Assembly: GCA_964016885.1 (NCBI GenBank)
Contig: OZ024742.1
Coordinates: 162,378,001-162,442,000 of the forward strand
Direction: 5' to 3'
Length of the DNA: 64,000 nt
Source: Eledone cirrhosa
Taxonomy: Eukaryota
Shown: positions 12,462-25,400 of the stretch, in pieces
Position numbering within the stretch: the first letter of the stretch is position 1
How the letters are laid out: each line of letters opens with the position of its first letter
Notes under the pieces: model-generated
The model's input: the letters and a program-made list of their open reading frames with translations, nothing else
Database searches by the model: none
What the model was told of the DNA's origin: nothing
Translations under genes and position numbers: made by a program

Positions 12462-12747
12462 TATACATATACAGATTCTCATCTATATTAAAACTTTCAT
12501 GCTCTGCGGTGTACTGAGTGCCTTGCTTACTGTGGCTGCCTCCGATTCAACCCGGAATAACGTGTGTGTGTGTATGCGTGTATGTGTGTGTGCGTGTGTG
12601 TGCTTTTATGTTTTTTCGTGTATGTGTGGTTGTATGTGTAGTCTTATTTTATTTTTCCTTTCCTTCTTCCTTCTCCAGCCTCACTTTCATATAGCTTGCT
12701 TTTTTTGTTTTTTTAAGATCCAAATTCAATAAACAAACCAGGATTTT

Positions 12748-12805
12748 TTCATTCTGAGGATTGAAAGCAAAACCTTTTGCTTTTAAGAAACCACTGGTAA
12801 ATGGA
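12748..12805 (+). ncRNA. Type I hammerhead ribozyme in a solo pLTR-like fragment
   Basis: ttcatt-CTGAGGA-ttgaaagcaaa acct tttgcttttaa-GAA-ACCA c TGGT-A-aatgga. Confidence 0.8.
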
Positions 12806-12839
12806 ATAATTGCCTTATGTTGTTTATTACATAATAATA

Positions 12840-13642
12840 ATATATATATTATATATAATATATATATATTATACATAATATATATATAATATATATATTA
12901 TATATAATATATATATATTATATATAATATATATATATTATATATAATATATATTTATTATATATAATATATATATATTATATATAATATATATATATTA
13001 TATATAATATATATATATTATATATAATATATATATAATATATATAATATATATATATTATATATAATATATATATAATATATATATATTATATATAATA
13101 TATATATATATATATATAATATATATATATTATATATAATATATATATATTATATATATATATATATATAATATATATATATATATAATATATATATATT
13201 ATATATATATATATATAATATATATATATTATATATAATATATATATATTATATATATATATATATATAATATATATATATATATAATATATATATATTA
13301 TATATATATATATATAATATATATATATTATATATATATATATATTATATATATATATATATTATATATATATATATATTATATATATATATATATTATA
13401 TATATATATATATTATATAATATATATATATTATATATATATTATATATATATATATATTATATATATATATATATTATATATATATATATATTATATAT
13501 ATATATATATTATATATATATATATATTATATATATATATATATAATATATATATATATATATAATATATATATTATATATAATATATATATATAATATA
13601 TATATATATTATATATATATATATTATATATATATAATATAT
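12840..13642. repeat. ~800-bp A/T-only tract: (TA)n with periodic TT/AA phase shifts (~20-bp sub-period)
   Basis: Read directly. Confidence 0.95.
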
Positions 13643-13980
13643 GGAGGCACATGGCTTAGTGGTTAGAGCATTGGCCTTGCAATCGAAAGGTTGTGAGTTC
13701 AATTCTCAGACCGGGTGATGTGTTGTTTCCTTGAGCAAGACACTTTATTTCACATTGCTCCAGTTTACTCAGCTGTAGAAATGAGATGATAGGGACTGGG
13801 GTCCATATCATTCCACTGCAAAGTGGTCGTGGAGGTGCCACTGCAAAAAAGCACCCAGCACTCACTGTAAATGAGGTTGGTGTTAGGAAGGGCATCCAGC
13901 TGTAGAAATCAAGCCAGAATCAGTTCCCGTCCCACCCTTGCAAGCATGGAAAAGTGGACGTAAAATGAAATGAAAAAAAA
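13643..13980 (+). mobile_element. Full-length tRNA-derived SINE (Meta/CORE-like body, LINE-like tail)
   Basis: A box TGGCTTAGTGG, B box GAGTTCAATTC, body CCTTGAGCAAGACACTTTATTTCACATTGCTCC, tail GCATGGAAAAGTGGACGTAAAATGAAATG. Confidence 0.85.
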
Positions 13981-14039
13981 ATGATATATATATTATATAA
14001 AATAAACAAAGAAGCCTTCAATGCATCAAAAATCTTTAT

Positions 14040-14084
14040 TTGCTGACAGTGTTTCGTCCCATTAACCAGGACTCATCAGAGCAA
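14040..14084 (-). ncRNA. Canonical minimal type I hammerhead ribozyme in the 3' pLTR of PLE2
   Basis: ttgct-CTGATGA-gtcc tggttaatg ggac-GAAAC act GTC-agcaa, immediately followed by AATAAA. Confidence 0.92.
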
Positions 14085-15352
14085 GGAAAAAGACAAGAGG
14101 CATTAACGGCCAGAACAGGCAAAAACTCAGAAGAACATTGAATGGGTATTTATGAAAATTTGGGAGAATTATCATGGAAAGACATGCTAAACCTAATATA
14201 GTGCATTTGTAAATAAAGTCTATAGGGCAATAGAGCAAGCAAGACATCAAACATTAAACAAACCCACGTTAAAAGTACAATATAAGTCTAATACTTGAAA
14301 TACAACATAGTAATACAATGTGAGAATTATAATACAATATACAATACCATACAATAGATAATACAGAAATAAAACTTAGTATATATATATATATATATAT
14401 CCCCACTCACTCTGACACATATATATACACATTTACACATACACATAATAACATAAATATAAATATAAGCATTATCATAGAATAATCACCCTGACGGTGT
14501 GATTAAACAATACCAAAATCAATGAAAATAATATATTGACATTAAAAAAATATATATATATAAAAATACATCCTATGTATCATTTACAGTCAACAAATTG
14601 TGTATAAAAGCATAATGTATTTCACAGGGTAAAAAAATAATAATACCATATAATATTTAAAAGTATGGTGAAAAAATATATATATAAATAAATATATATA
14701 ATAGACAATAAATAAATATACGGAGATATAGGCAGTTCAAATCCATATAATATTACATATCAGTATTTCAATACCGGACACATACTTATAATTCAATTAC
14801 ATATAATACAATATAATATATTAATATTAATATATTAATATTAATATAGACACACACTATCAAGGGAAAAAGCTTAAGACATATTTACACGGTGAGTTCA
14901 AGGACACGAGTGACATATGATAGGAAAGACAGACAGCATGTGGTAGCAAAGTAAAATGAAAACAAAAACAAAAATAAACACAGACACAAATTCACGAAGG
15001 CGGATCAAACCGTTAAGTGATACTAGAAGATACTACTAATCTAAACCAAAAAAATTGAATTGAAACCCTTATTAATTTAATTAATCTTATAATAGTTGAA
15101 TAAACATTACGGGTCACTTCATATGGAATAAAATTTAAGTCATCAATGTGGATATAGATCAAGATATTTCAATAAATGAGCTAATACTTTTATCGAAGAT
15201 ATATTAAAATCCGTCATGACGACTAACGTTATCCAAAGTATAAACTCCAATTAAAACTATGGTTGACAAATGGGAACAGAAAGAAGTAAAACTACGGATG
15301 GCAAGAAGGAACATAAAATTATAATATATATATATTCAATAAGGCGAAGATT

Positions 15353-15516
15353 AAGTGTAGAAAGGATGAGGTTCATTAGCATTAGATGAAGGAGACTAAA
15401 ATTAAACTATTCAATAAGATACACTCCAACCAGATCAAGTGTAGAAAGGATGAGATTCATTAGCCTTTGATGAAGGAGACAAAAATTAAACTATTCAATA
15501 AGATACACTCCAACCA
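15353..15516. repeat. 84-bp tandem duplication in the PLE2 3' UTR
   Basis: AAGTGTAGAAAGGATGAG occurs at 15353 and 15437. Confidence 0.85.
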
Positions 15517-15699
15517 GTGATGAAAATAAAGATAGAAATAAATAAGTTGACAAGGATAAGTAAAAATGTAATAATGGTTAAGATGATAAATGGGCTAAAA
15601 CAGCTAAGAAAACTAGAAATACTAAAATCAATAAACCGTTTAAAACTAATAATAATAATAATAATGAACTAAAACTAAAGTGATAAGGAATGAAAGCAG

Positions 15700-18282
15700 C
15701 TAATGGATACGGTTTAAACTACCTGAGCTTTTAGGTTTATAATAGAAGAAGGAATTAGAGATAGCATGCGGACAGGAAGAAAATATTTCCGATTTTCTAT
15801 TAAGCAATACGTTCCTGAAGAAAATTATAGAATGGGTCTCTAGAATACAAAGATTACAGAATTTAGCGTGGGTGGAAAGGTGATTAGAGTGGGCTACAAT
15901 GCGCCAATGCAGACTGTACGGTATATTATTCCCTTTTAAATCCCAAATATGGTGTGCCAAAGAAGTAGAGTTTTTAAATTTGATATGCTTAAAATTAGAG
16001 GCATGCGAATTAAATCTAGTTTTAAAAGTATTAGATGTGGAGCCTATATATGTTTTACAAGAAGAATTAGTCTTAACATCACATGCATAAATAATATTCC
16101 TAGAGAGGCAGTTACCATTTAAAGGGCAGCTATTACTTAACCTACAATTACACTTCCGGGTACTAGTGATTAGCTGATTACGCGAAGTATTACTCCTAGG
16201 GTTATTAGACAACAAGGTCTGCTCGGGTGGTAAGTTATTAATAGGACTATCTAGATTAGTGGTAAGTAAAGAGTAGTAGCTGTCCCTAATTTTCTTATTA
16301 TTAGTGCTAGCTAGATGAGAACTAATGTTAGGGGTAGTGGAGAAGGAGAGTTTAATTACATTCTTATTAAAGATACTATGATACTTATTAGTAGGAGGGA
16401 AATTTTTCTCTAAAATAGAAAAGAAACACCTAAGGATATTAGTTAGTACATCTTGGTTATAAGGTGGTTTAAAGTAGGTATTAAGCCTTCTCCTATTCTT
16501 ACCTTTACTATTTCTATTTCTAACATGTATCTTATTTGTAGGATCAGGGTTTAAGTGAGGACCAATTGAATTAACACTATTAGAAGCCGCTATAAAATTA
16601 TCACTAGGTGAACGTTCAGAGCGTCTATCCTGTTCATTAAAACTAAGCTCAAAATGTTTACCATTAGACACACTATAATAATTACTATTGCGGTTGTAAT
16701 ACATAGGGTTCGGTTTAGATATATCTATAAAATTTCTATGATTCCTAAGTTTTCTACCCCCATTTACGGCCATATTGTGGGATATCACGTTATTATGGGT
16801 AATCGGAGTCGTTTGAAGGTTGTCATCTTTATAATGTAGTCTACCAGAGTAACCAGAGTTAGCTAGGGCATTATTATAATACTCAGCATATGAATTAAAA
16901 ATTCCTATATCTTTAGAGAGTGTGGAGATTCTATTAGATACACCGTTAATAATAGAACTAATCATAGATTTAGGGTGGTTGGAATTAGGATTAACGTAAG
17001 AGAGTGTCTCATTTGGCTTGTGGAAGGGTTTATAATTATTAGTGAATAAGTCTAATGTCACATCTAAAAAATTAACTGCTCTATCGTTCTTATCAATCGT
17101 GATCGAAAGGTTAAAATTAAAAAAAAATTTATATAACTTCTTCCTATTATGTTCAATGTTATTAGTACTAGAATTTATCACAAATAATGCATCGTCACGA
17201 TAAAGTCCACCTTTAAGGTGCGGGAAGTTAACATAAAGCTCGTTTAAGAGGTACAGCCAAACAAGATCAGTCACCTGCGCAGAATCACTCGAACCCATGG
17301 TAACGTCAAAGTTATTGGGTGTGTTCTTACGCGTCCAAAGCGTATCCTCGAATTTGATGATAGTCCTACGGGCCGCTAGTATAACATCAATCTGGGGTCG
17401 CGTAAGACTAGACATTCGCATGGCCATAATTAAGGCTTTATTGAGGAGGATAGATGAAATCGACGTGTAATAGGCGTCGATATCAAATTGGATAAACCTA
17501 CTAGACTTAAGCTTATTAATACTAGAAAACCAATTAATAACATCCATAGTATTCCCCCATAGATTAAAATGAACCTTATCCCTAACGGTAGGTATAATCT
17601 GGTCAAGAATTTTATTACTAATTATAGCTATATCAGACTTAGAAGGACTGATAAGTCTAACAGTAGGATTACTTAAGAAGTCTACCTTATGATCCTTAAG
17701 TGTGAATCTCGGTTCCCTAGGGTAATATGGTTGGGTATACTTATCCAGACCCAGACTCGAAACTATCTTGAGGCCCTCATTATTAATTTGATCCAAATTA
17801 TCCTGTGTTGTTTTTTTTATAATTTTTATGTATCTCCTTATAAATAAAATTACGGTAGGCAATATAATCCATAGAGTAAAGATTCTTAGTCTTATCAGCC
17901 AGGACAAGTATAGACTCATTCCCTTTAAAATCCTTAACAATATTCTTAAGTTTAGACTGGAACCTGTCAAATTTATTATAGTTCCCATATTTATTATGCC
18001 GCTTATATTTAATATTTTTGACAAGGGAAAGTAAATCGTTCTCAAAACTATCTAATAGAACATTATGCGGTGGACTTTTATAAGTCTTGAAGCCAAAGGT
18101 ATTAAAGTGGAGTTTTATCCCGGGGGTTAATCCTATTCCTATTACTATCAAAATGGAATGCACGCCATCTAATCCGTTTTACGAAAGAGTTAACGCTAGC
18201 AATCAAGAGTTTTTCATAAGTATTTCTAGAGGGGATGGGAATGTTCTTCAGAGATAAAGGCAAGTAGCTCTTTGTTAGCATA
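15700..18282 (-). pseudogene. PLE RT + GIY-YIG ORF with 2-3 frameshifts in the N-terminal region
   Basis: SLKNIPIP / VNSFVKRIRWRAFHF / FGFKT..PP...FENDL...ADKTKNLY, with a shift at the A-run near 17815. Then TLKDHK, QFDIDAYY, FDVTMGS, GLYRDD, VNFLDV, CNCR...CPL.G.C and IIY...TYIGST. Confidence 0.92.
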
Positions 18283-18498
18283 TGTCAGATGTATATAAAG
18301 GCCAAAAAAACAGTATATAGGATAAAGCTCAACCAATTGGGAGCCGTAATAAGAATAGAATACTTGAGTGCACTGGAGTTAAACACACTCGTCGTATTAT
18401 AGAAAAGACAGTATAGGGTATAGCTCAATGTTATCCAACAGAGCCGAAAAATTATATAAAATAAACAAAGAAGCCTTCAATGCATCAAAAATCTTTAT

Positions 18499-18543
18499 TT
18501 GCTGACAGTGTTTCGTCCCATTAACCAGGACTCATCAGAGCAA
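18499..18543 (-). ncRNA. Hammerhead ribozyme in the 5' pLTR of PLE2
   Basis: Identical to the motif at 14040-14084. Confidence 0.92.
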
Positions 18544-19895
18544 GAAAAAAGACAAGAGGCATTAACGGCCAGAACAGGCCAAAACTCAGAAGAACATTGA
18601 ATGGATATTTATGAAAATTTGGGAGAATTATCATGGAAAGACATGCTAAACCTAATATAGTGCATTTGTAAATAAAGGCTATAGGGCAATAGAGCAAGCA
18701 AGACATTAAACATTAAACAAACCCACGTTAAAAGTACAATATAAGTCTAATACTTGAAATACAACATTGTAATACAATGTGAGAATTATAATACAATATA
18801 CAATACCATACAATAGATAATACAGAAATAAAACTTAATATATATGTATATATATATCCACACTCACTCTGACACATATATATATATACACATTTACACA
18901 TACACATAATAACACAAATATAAATATAAATATAAGCATTATCATAGAATAATCACCCTGACGGTGTGATTAAACAATACCAAAATCAATGAAAATAATA
19001 TATTGACATTAAAAAAAATATATATATATAAAAATACATCCTATGTATCATTTACAGTCAACAAATTGTGTATAAAAGCATAATGTATTTCACAGGGTAA
19101 AAAAATAATAATACCATATAATATTTAAAAGTATGGTGAAAAAATATATATATAAATAAATATATATAATAGACAATAAATAAATATACGGAGATATAGG
19201 CAGTTCAAATCCATATAATATTACATATCAGTATTTCAATACCGGACACATACTTATAATTCAATTACATATAATACAATATAATATATTAATATTAATA
19301 TTTCAATAGCAGACACACACTATCAAGGGAAAAAGCTTAAGACATATTTACACGGTGAGTTCAAGGACACGAGTGACATATGATAGGAAAGACAGACGGC
19401 ATGTGGTAGCAAAGTAAAATGAAAACAAAAACAAAAATAAACACAGACACAAATTCACGAAGGCGGATCAAACCGTTAAGTGAAACTAGAAGATACTACT
19501 AATCTAAACCCAAAAAATTGAATTGAAATTTTTACTTCTTTCTGTTCCCCTTTGTCTATCATAGTTTTAATTGGAGTTTTTACTTTGGATAACGTTAGTC
19601 GTCATGGCGGATTTTAATATATCTTCGGTATTAGCTCATTTATTGAAATATCTTGATCTATATCCACATTGATGACTTAAATTTTATTCCATATGAAGTG
19701 ACTCGTAATGTTTATTCAACTATTATAAGATTAATTAAATTAATAAGGGTTTCAATTCAATTTTTATATAATTTTATATAATTTATATAATTTTTCGGCT
19801 CTGTTGGATAACATTGAGCTATACCCTATACTGTCTTTTCTCTAATACGACGAGTGTGTTTAACTCCAATGCACTCAAGTATTCTATTCTTATAT

Positions 19896-20005
<110 letters not shown>

Positions 20006-20184
20006 AATATATCAACTAACATAAGCGCACAGATGCACGCCCATGCCAGCAAATACACAGGTTATGTCATAGTACCCAGGTGGTTCAATGCAGGAGAATG
20101 CAGAACAATAATATAAAGGACGTAAAATAAGAAAATATTTTTTTTAAAAAATTTAAAAAAAATTTTTTACTTACTTAAATTTCC

Positions 20185-20266
20185 ACTCCAACTAATTAGT
20201 TTCTGCAATGGGATAAAGACAGTTACGTAATCCAACTGTCGAGAATTCATTGCGTCATCAGGGAGT
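20185..20266 (-). ncRNA. Type I hammerhead with extended stem II (copy 1)
   Basis: actcc-CTGATGA-c gcaatg...gacagtt (ggattacgt) aactgtc...cattgc a-GAA-ACTAATTAGT-T-ggagt. Confidence 0.82.
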
Positions 20267-20746
20267 CTATTCTCAGTTAAGTCTCCAGGCAATGCGCGGA
20301 CACTGGCGGCTCATATAAAAATAATAATAATTCGGTAGATCGAACAGCTTGCGAGGACTGGATTCTATGTACCGAAATTCTCACTGCTTCAAGTCAAATG
20401 GCCGATTCTAAAGAATCAATCACGTGACACAGAGGCTAGTTAGAAGGAATGGGATGGTAAGATGACTGACGCCTACTAACACCCCCAAAAAAAAAAAATT
20501 TTTTTAGAAGTGGTTTTGACAAGTTTGCTCGACAAATCAGTGATTTGGAGATAAATATAGATAATTTAATATATCAACTAACATAAGCGCACAGATGCAC
20601 GCCCATGCCAGCAAATACACAGGTTATGTCATAGTACCCAGGTGGTTCAATGCAGGAGAATGCAGAACAATAATATAAAGGACTTAAAATAAGAAAATAT
20701 TTTTTTAAAAAAATTTAAAAAAAATTTTTTACTTACTTAAATTTCC

Positions 20747-20828
20747 ACTCCAACTAATTAGTTTCTGCAATGGGATAAAGACAGTTACGTAATCCAACTG
20801 TCGAGAATTCATTGCGTCATCAGGGAGT
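20747..20828 (-). ncRNA. Type I hammerhead with extended stem II (copy 2)
   Basis: Same sequence as copy 1. Confidence 0.82.
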
Positions 20829-21307
20829 CTATTCTCAGTTAAGTCTCCAGGCAATGCGCGGACACTGGCGGCTCATATAAAAATAATAATAATTCGGTAG
20901 ATCGAACAGCTTGCGAGGACTGGATTCTATGTACCGAAATTCTCACTGCTTCAAGTCAAATGGCCGATTCTAAAGAATCAATCACGTGACACAGAGGCTA
21001 GTTAGAAGGAATGGGTTGGTAAGATGACTGACGCCTACTAACACCCCCCAAAAAAAAAATTTTTTTAGAAGTGGTTTTGACAAGTTTGCTCGACAAATCA
21101 GTGATTTGGAGATAAATATAGATAATTTAATATATCAACTAACATAAGCGCACAGATGCACGCCCATGCCAGCAAATACACAGGTTATGTCATAGTACCC
21201 AGGTGGTTCAATGCAGGAGAATGCAGAACAATAATATAAAGGACGTAAAATAAGAAAATATTTTTTTAAAAAAATTTAAAAAAAATTTTTTACTTACTTA
21301 AATTTCC

Positions 21308-21389
21308 ACTCCAACTAATTAGTTTCTGCAATGGGATAAAGACAGTTACGTAATCCAACTGTCGAGAATTCATTGCGTCATCAGGGAGT
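21308..21389 (-). ncRNA. Type I hammerhead with extended stem II (copy 3)
   Basis: Same sequence as copy 1. Confidence 0.82.
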
Positions 21390-21869
21390 CTATTCTCAGT
21401 TAAGTCTCCAGGCAATGCGCGGACACTGGCGGCTCATATAAAAATAATAATAATTCGGTAGATCGAACAGCTTGCGAGGACTGGATTCTATGTACCGAAA
21501 TTCTCACTGCTTCAAGTCAAATGGCCGATTCTAAAGAATCAATCACGTGACACAGAGGCTAGTTAGAAGGAATGGGATGGTAAGATGACTGACGCCTACT
21601 AACACCCCCAAAAAAAAAAAATTTTTTTAGAAGTGGTTTTGACAAGTTTGCTCGACAAATCAGTGATTTGGAGATAAATATAGATAATTTAATATATCAA
21701 CTAACATAAGCGCACAGATGCACGCCCATGCCAGCAAATACACAGGTTATGTCATAGTACCCAGGTGGTTCAATGCAGGAGAATGCAGAACAATAATATA
21801 AAGGACGTAAAATAAGAAAATATTTTTTTTAAAAAATTTAAAAAAAATTTTTTACTTACTTAAATTTCC

Positions 21870-21951
21870 ACTCCAACTAATTAGTTTCTGCAATGGGATA
21901 AAGACAGTTACGTAATCCAACTGTCGAGAATTCATTGCGTCATCAGGGAGT
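21870..21951 (-). ncRNA. Type I hammerhead with extended stem II (copy 4)
   Basis: Same sequence as copy 1. Confidence 0.82.
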
Positions 21952-22170
21952 CTATTCTCAGTTAAGTCTCCAGGCAATGCGCGGACACTGGCGGCTCATA
22001 TAAAAATAATAATAATTCGGTAGATCGAACAGCTTGCGAGGACTGGATTCTATGTACCGAAATTCTCACTGCTTCAAGTCAAATGGCCGATTCTAAAGAA
22101 TCAATCACGTGACACAGAGGCTAGTTAGAAGGAATGGGATGGTAAGATGACTGACGCCTACTAACACCCC

Positions 22171-22203
<33 letters not shown>

Positions 22204-22208
<5 letters not shown>

Positions 22209-22506
22209 AGAAAAAGAGATGAAATCGAAAATGCAACTGGAGTCTTATTTTTTTTTTAAATATATATATTTATTTGGTTCCTTTACCGGTTTCGCAGTTC
22301 TTCTGCTTTTCAAAAGTAGAGTTGAGATGGAGGGTCTGTGGTTTTTCTCACATCTGATGTGAGAAAAACCACAGTCCCTCCATCTCAACTCTACTTTTGA
22401 AAAGCAGAAGAACTGCGAAACCGGTAAAGGAACCAAATAAATATATATATTTAAAAAAAAAATAAGACTCCAGTTGCATTTTCGATTTCATCTCTTTTTC
22501 TTTATA
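22204..22506. repeat. Essentially perfect ~300-bp palindrome (fold-back) centred near 22355
   Basis: The arms are reverse complements around ...TCACATC T GATGTGA... Confidence 0.93.
22394..22429 (+). ncRNA. Minimal hammerhead, U3/A8 compensatory variant (mirror copy at 22281-22316 on the - strand)
   Basis: ctt-TTGAAAA-gcag aagaa ctgc-GAA-ACCGGT-A-aag. Confidence 0.7.
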
Positions 22507-22608
22507 CATTCACTCGTGTAGGACACCTCGGTTATTTTTCATTTTGTAAAAAAAACCTCACTTTCTAATATATATATATATATATAATTTAAAATATTAA
22601 TAGATGGA

Positions 22609-22885
22609 ATATATTCTCTTAACCAAAATATATATTATATTATACATATTTCAAAGGTACAAAGGTGTTTCAGTACATTTTCATCAGATAAAATATATGA
22701 GAGATTGGATATGCGACATACCGCTAAGGTTTTGAATATTCAATTCCTACCACTACAGGAATTGAATATTCAAAACCTTAGCGGTATGTCGCATATCCCA
22801 TTTTATCTGATGAAAATGTACTGAAACACCATTGTACCTTTGAAATATGTATAATAAAATATATATTTTGGTTATGAGAATATTT
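22609..22885. repeat. Second, imperfect fold-back inverted repeat centred near 22752
   Basis: GGATATGCGACATACCGCTAAGGTTTTGAATATTCAATTCCT pairs with AGGAATTGAATATTCAAAACCTTAGCGGTATGTCGCATATCC, extending to ~135-bp arms. Confidence 0.9.
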
Positions 22886-23001
22886 TTCATTTATGAATAT
22901 TTTAAATAATATTAAATACCTCAGATGTAAGCTGTCGAGTGCTTCTAATCTATTGTAAAATTGAATTCGTTGAATAATCAATGAACCATATAAACTTTTG
23001 G

Positions 23002-23141
<140 letters not shown>

Positions 23142-23150
23142 ATATATATA

Positions 23151-23292
23151 CTAGCAGAATGGCCCGGCGTTGCTCGGGATTTGCTCTAGGGTTATATTTG
23201 ATATATATTTATCCTTATCGAGCCTCGTGAAATAAATACGTTTATTTATATTTTGTTATTGTGTGTGCAAAACATATCTGTACACGAATATA

Positions 23293-23346
<54 letters not shown>

Positions 23347-23899
23347 CCATTCTGAGTTCAAATCCCGCCGAGGTTAACTTTGCCTTTCATCCTTACGGGG
23401 TCGATAAAATAAAGTACCAGTAATTACTGGCCTTGTGCCAAAAGTAGAAACAATTATAAGGGTGCGATGTTATATCTATGTATCAGGGCGGTGGATTGGC
23501 AGTATCGGTAGAGGGTCGGACGCCATGCTTTCCAGCATAGTTACGTCCCTTTACAATCTGAGTTCAAATCCCGCCGAGGTTGACTTTGCCTTTCATCATT
23601 ACGGGGTCGATAAAATAAAGTACCAGTAATGCACTGGGTAATTGCTGGCCTTGTGCCTAAAGTGGAAACAGTTATATCTATGTATCTAGCTAAAAAGAGA
23701 AATACTAAGAGTTATAAAGAGAGATCGCCAATCGCATAATGCAGTCCGTAGGGCATGGAAAATTTGAAATTTATTTGCTCACAACACTCACAGGACAATA
23801 AGTATTACATGTGTAAAGTTTGAAAATAATCGGTTGAGTGGTTCTCGAGTTTTAGTGATTGGACAGACAGACAGACATTCTCTGCTTTAGATATATAGA
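23151..23899 (-). mobile_element. Non-autonomous Helitron-like element with nested SINE pieces
   Basis: Minus strand starts A|TCTATATATCTAAAGCAGAG with (CTGT)n. It ends with hairpin CCCGAGCAACGCCGGG plus CTAG|T. No TSD. Confidence 0.75.
23345..23672 (+). mobile_element. Two SINE copies with a Deu/Nin-like domain (one truncated, one with a head at ~23486)
   Basis: GAGTTCAAATCCCGCCGAGG...GCCTTTCATCCTTACGGGGTCGATAAAATAAAGTACCAGT occurs twice. Confidence 0.8.
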
Positions 23900-24639
23900 T
23901 ATATGAGAGAGAGAAAGAGAGGGGTGGGTCGGGGGGGGGGGGGGGGGTTAGAGAGATGTGTATAGGTAAGTATGCATTTAGAAAGGTGTATGTTGTTTAG
24001 AAATTGAGAGAAAGAGGGAAGCGACGGCGGCGATAATGGTGACAAGATTAACGACAACAGTGACTATTGTGACAATAATTATACTGACGGTGGTTAAACA
24101 GTTATTTGGAAACGCATATATCTTGGAAAAATATGATATAGTATGGTATGGCCCCGTAACTCCTGATAGAGTCGTAGGGGCACCGTATTGATATACGGCG
24201 TTTCTTGGGCATTTTAAGCCTGGCGGAACCCACCCCTGTTCAGGCCTGAGTACAGCAGATTTCTTCCAGAGAAAGATAGAAAGTGAGAGAGAGGAAAACG
24301 AGATATAGAGAAAGAATCAACCCCAGTACTAGACTGGCTAGACTGCTACTTTTTTTTTAAAACATAAAAACTTATAAAAACCGCCGCCTCCTCCCTATAA
24401 AAAGAATTTAATTCAACAAAGGCAAAAATATGCGGATCAAACAGAAGGACGCATAAATTTTCACCAACAGAGGGAGCCGGTTTCTTACATGCAAACAAAT
24501 CTTTCATTGGAATTTAGACATCAGTTAGGTAAATATGTATGAATGTGTTTCAGGAGCGGTGGAACTTGGGAGTGGGGCATTATATTTTTCTCCCCAAACT
24601 ACCAAACACACATCTATTTGTATATGCGCTACAATTTAT

Positions 24640-25400
24640 GTACATGTAGATATAGAGGGGGAGAGTTTGATGTTAAATAATGTAGAGAGTGATGTATTGT
24701 TGATGTAGAGAGGGAGATTTTGGTGGTAATGAATAGAGGGAATGAGAGAGTGTTGTATGGTAGATATAGAGAGGAGTTGGGAGAGAGTTCCGTATAGTAG
24801 ATATAGAGAGAGGGAGAGTCTGGTGTTAATTTATATAGGGAGGGGGAGAGATTGGTGTTAATAGATATAGAGAGGGTCATTGGAAAATAGTTCCGTGTAG
24901 TAGATATAGAGAGGGTGGGAGTTTGGTGCTAATTGATATAGAGTGGGTGTGTGAGGGGGGGGGGGGGGGCTGGAAGAGAGTCCGTGTAGTAAATAGAGAG
25001 AGGGGGAGATTTTATTCTTGTAGATATAATGAGGAGGCTGGGAGAGATAAATAGATGAGACATTGTCGTAAAAAGATACAGATGGGAGAGTTTGTGATGG
25101 ATAGAGAGAGAACGATTACGAGAGAGTGGTAGAAATGATGAGGGGAGTGTTTGGAGATGATTGATTTAAAGAGGGGGATTGGGAGAGTGTTTTTTATGTT
25201 AGATATAGAGAGGGGGGAATTTGGTGGTTGTAGATATAGAGAGAGGGATAATATGGAGAGGGCCGTGTAGTAGACAGGTGGTGTCGTGGTAGATATAGAG
25301 AGGGGGAAAGTTTGGTTCCAGTAGATACAGAGAGGTGGATAAAAAGAGAGTTTTGTGTGATAGACATGGAGAGGAGAAGAGTTTGGTGGATCAACATACA
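24640..25400. repeat. Degenerate GA-rich minisatellite (TAGATATAGAGAGGGGGAGAGTTTGG-like)
   Basis: Recurrent TAGATATAGAGAG motif. Confidence 0.7.

Larger units (their letters stand above)
13990..19890 (-). mobile_element. Full-length Penelope-like element (PLE2) with ~1.08-kb direct pLTRs and 5' inverted segments
   Basis: Direct repeats at 13990-15065 and 18451-19528. 19533-19763 is the reverse complement of ~15056-15290, and 19786-19890 is the reverse complement of ~18350-18455. Confidence 0.93.

Noticed and set aside
13643-13715. tRNA gene (also 9385-9456)
   Set aside because: The A/B boxes continue into SINE bodies and there is no complete cloverleaf.
22807-22836. Functional hammerhead in the second fold-back
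   Set aside because: Core words are present but stems I and II cannot be paired, so it was not counted.
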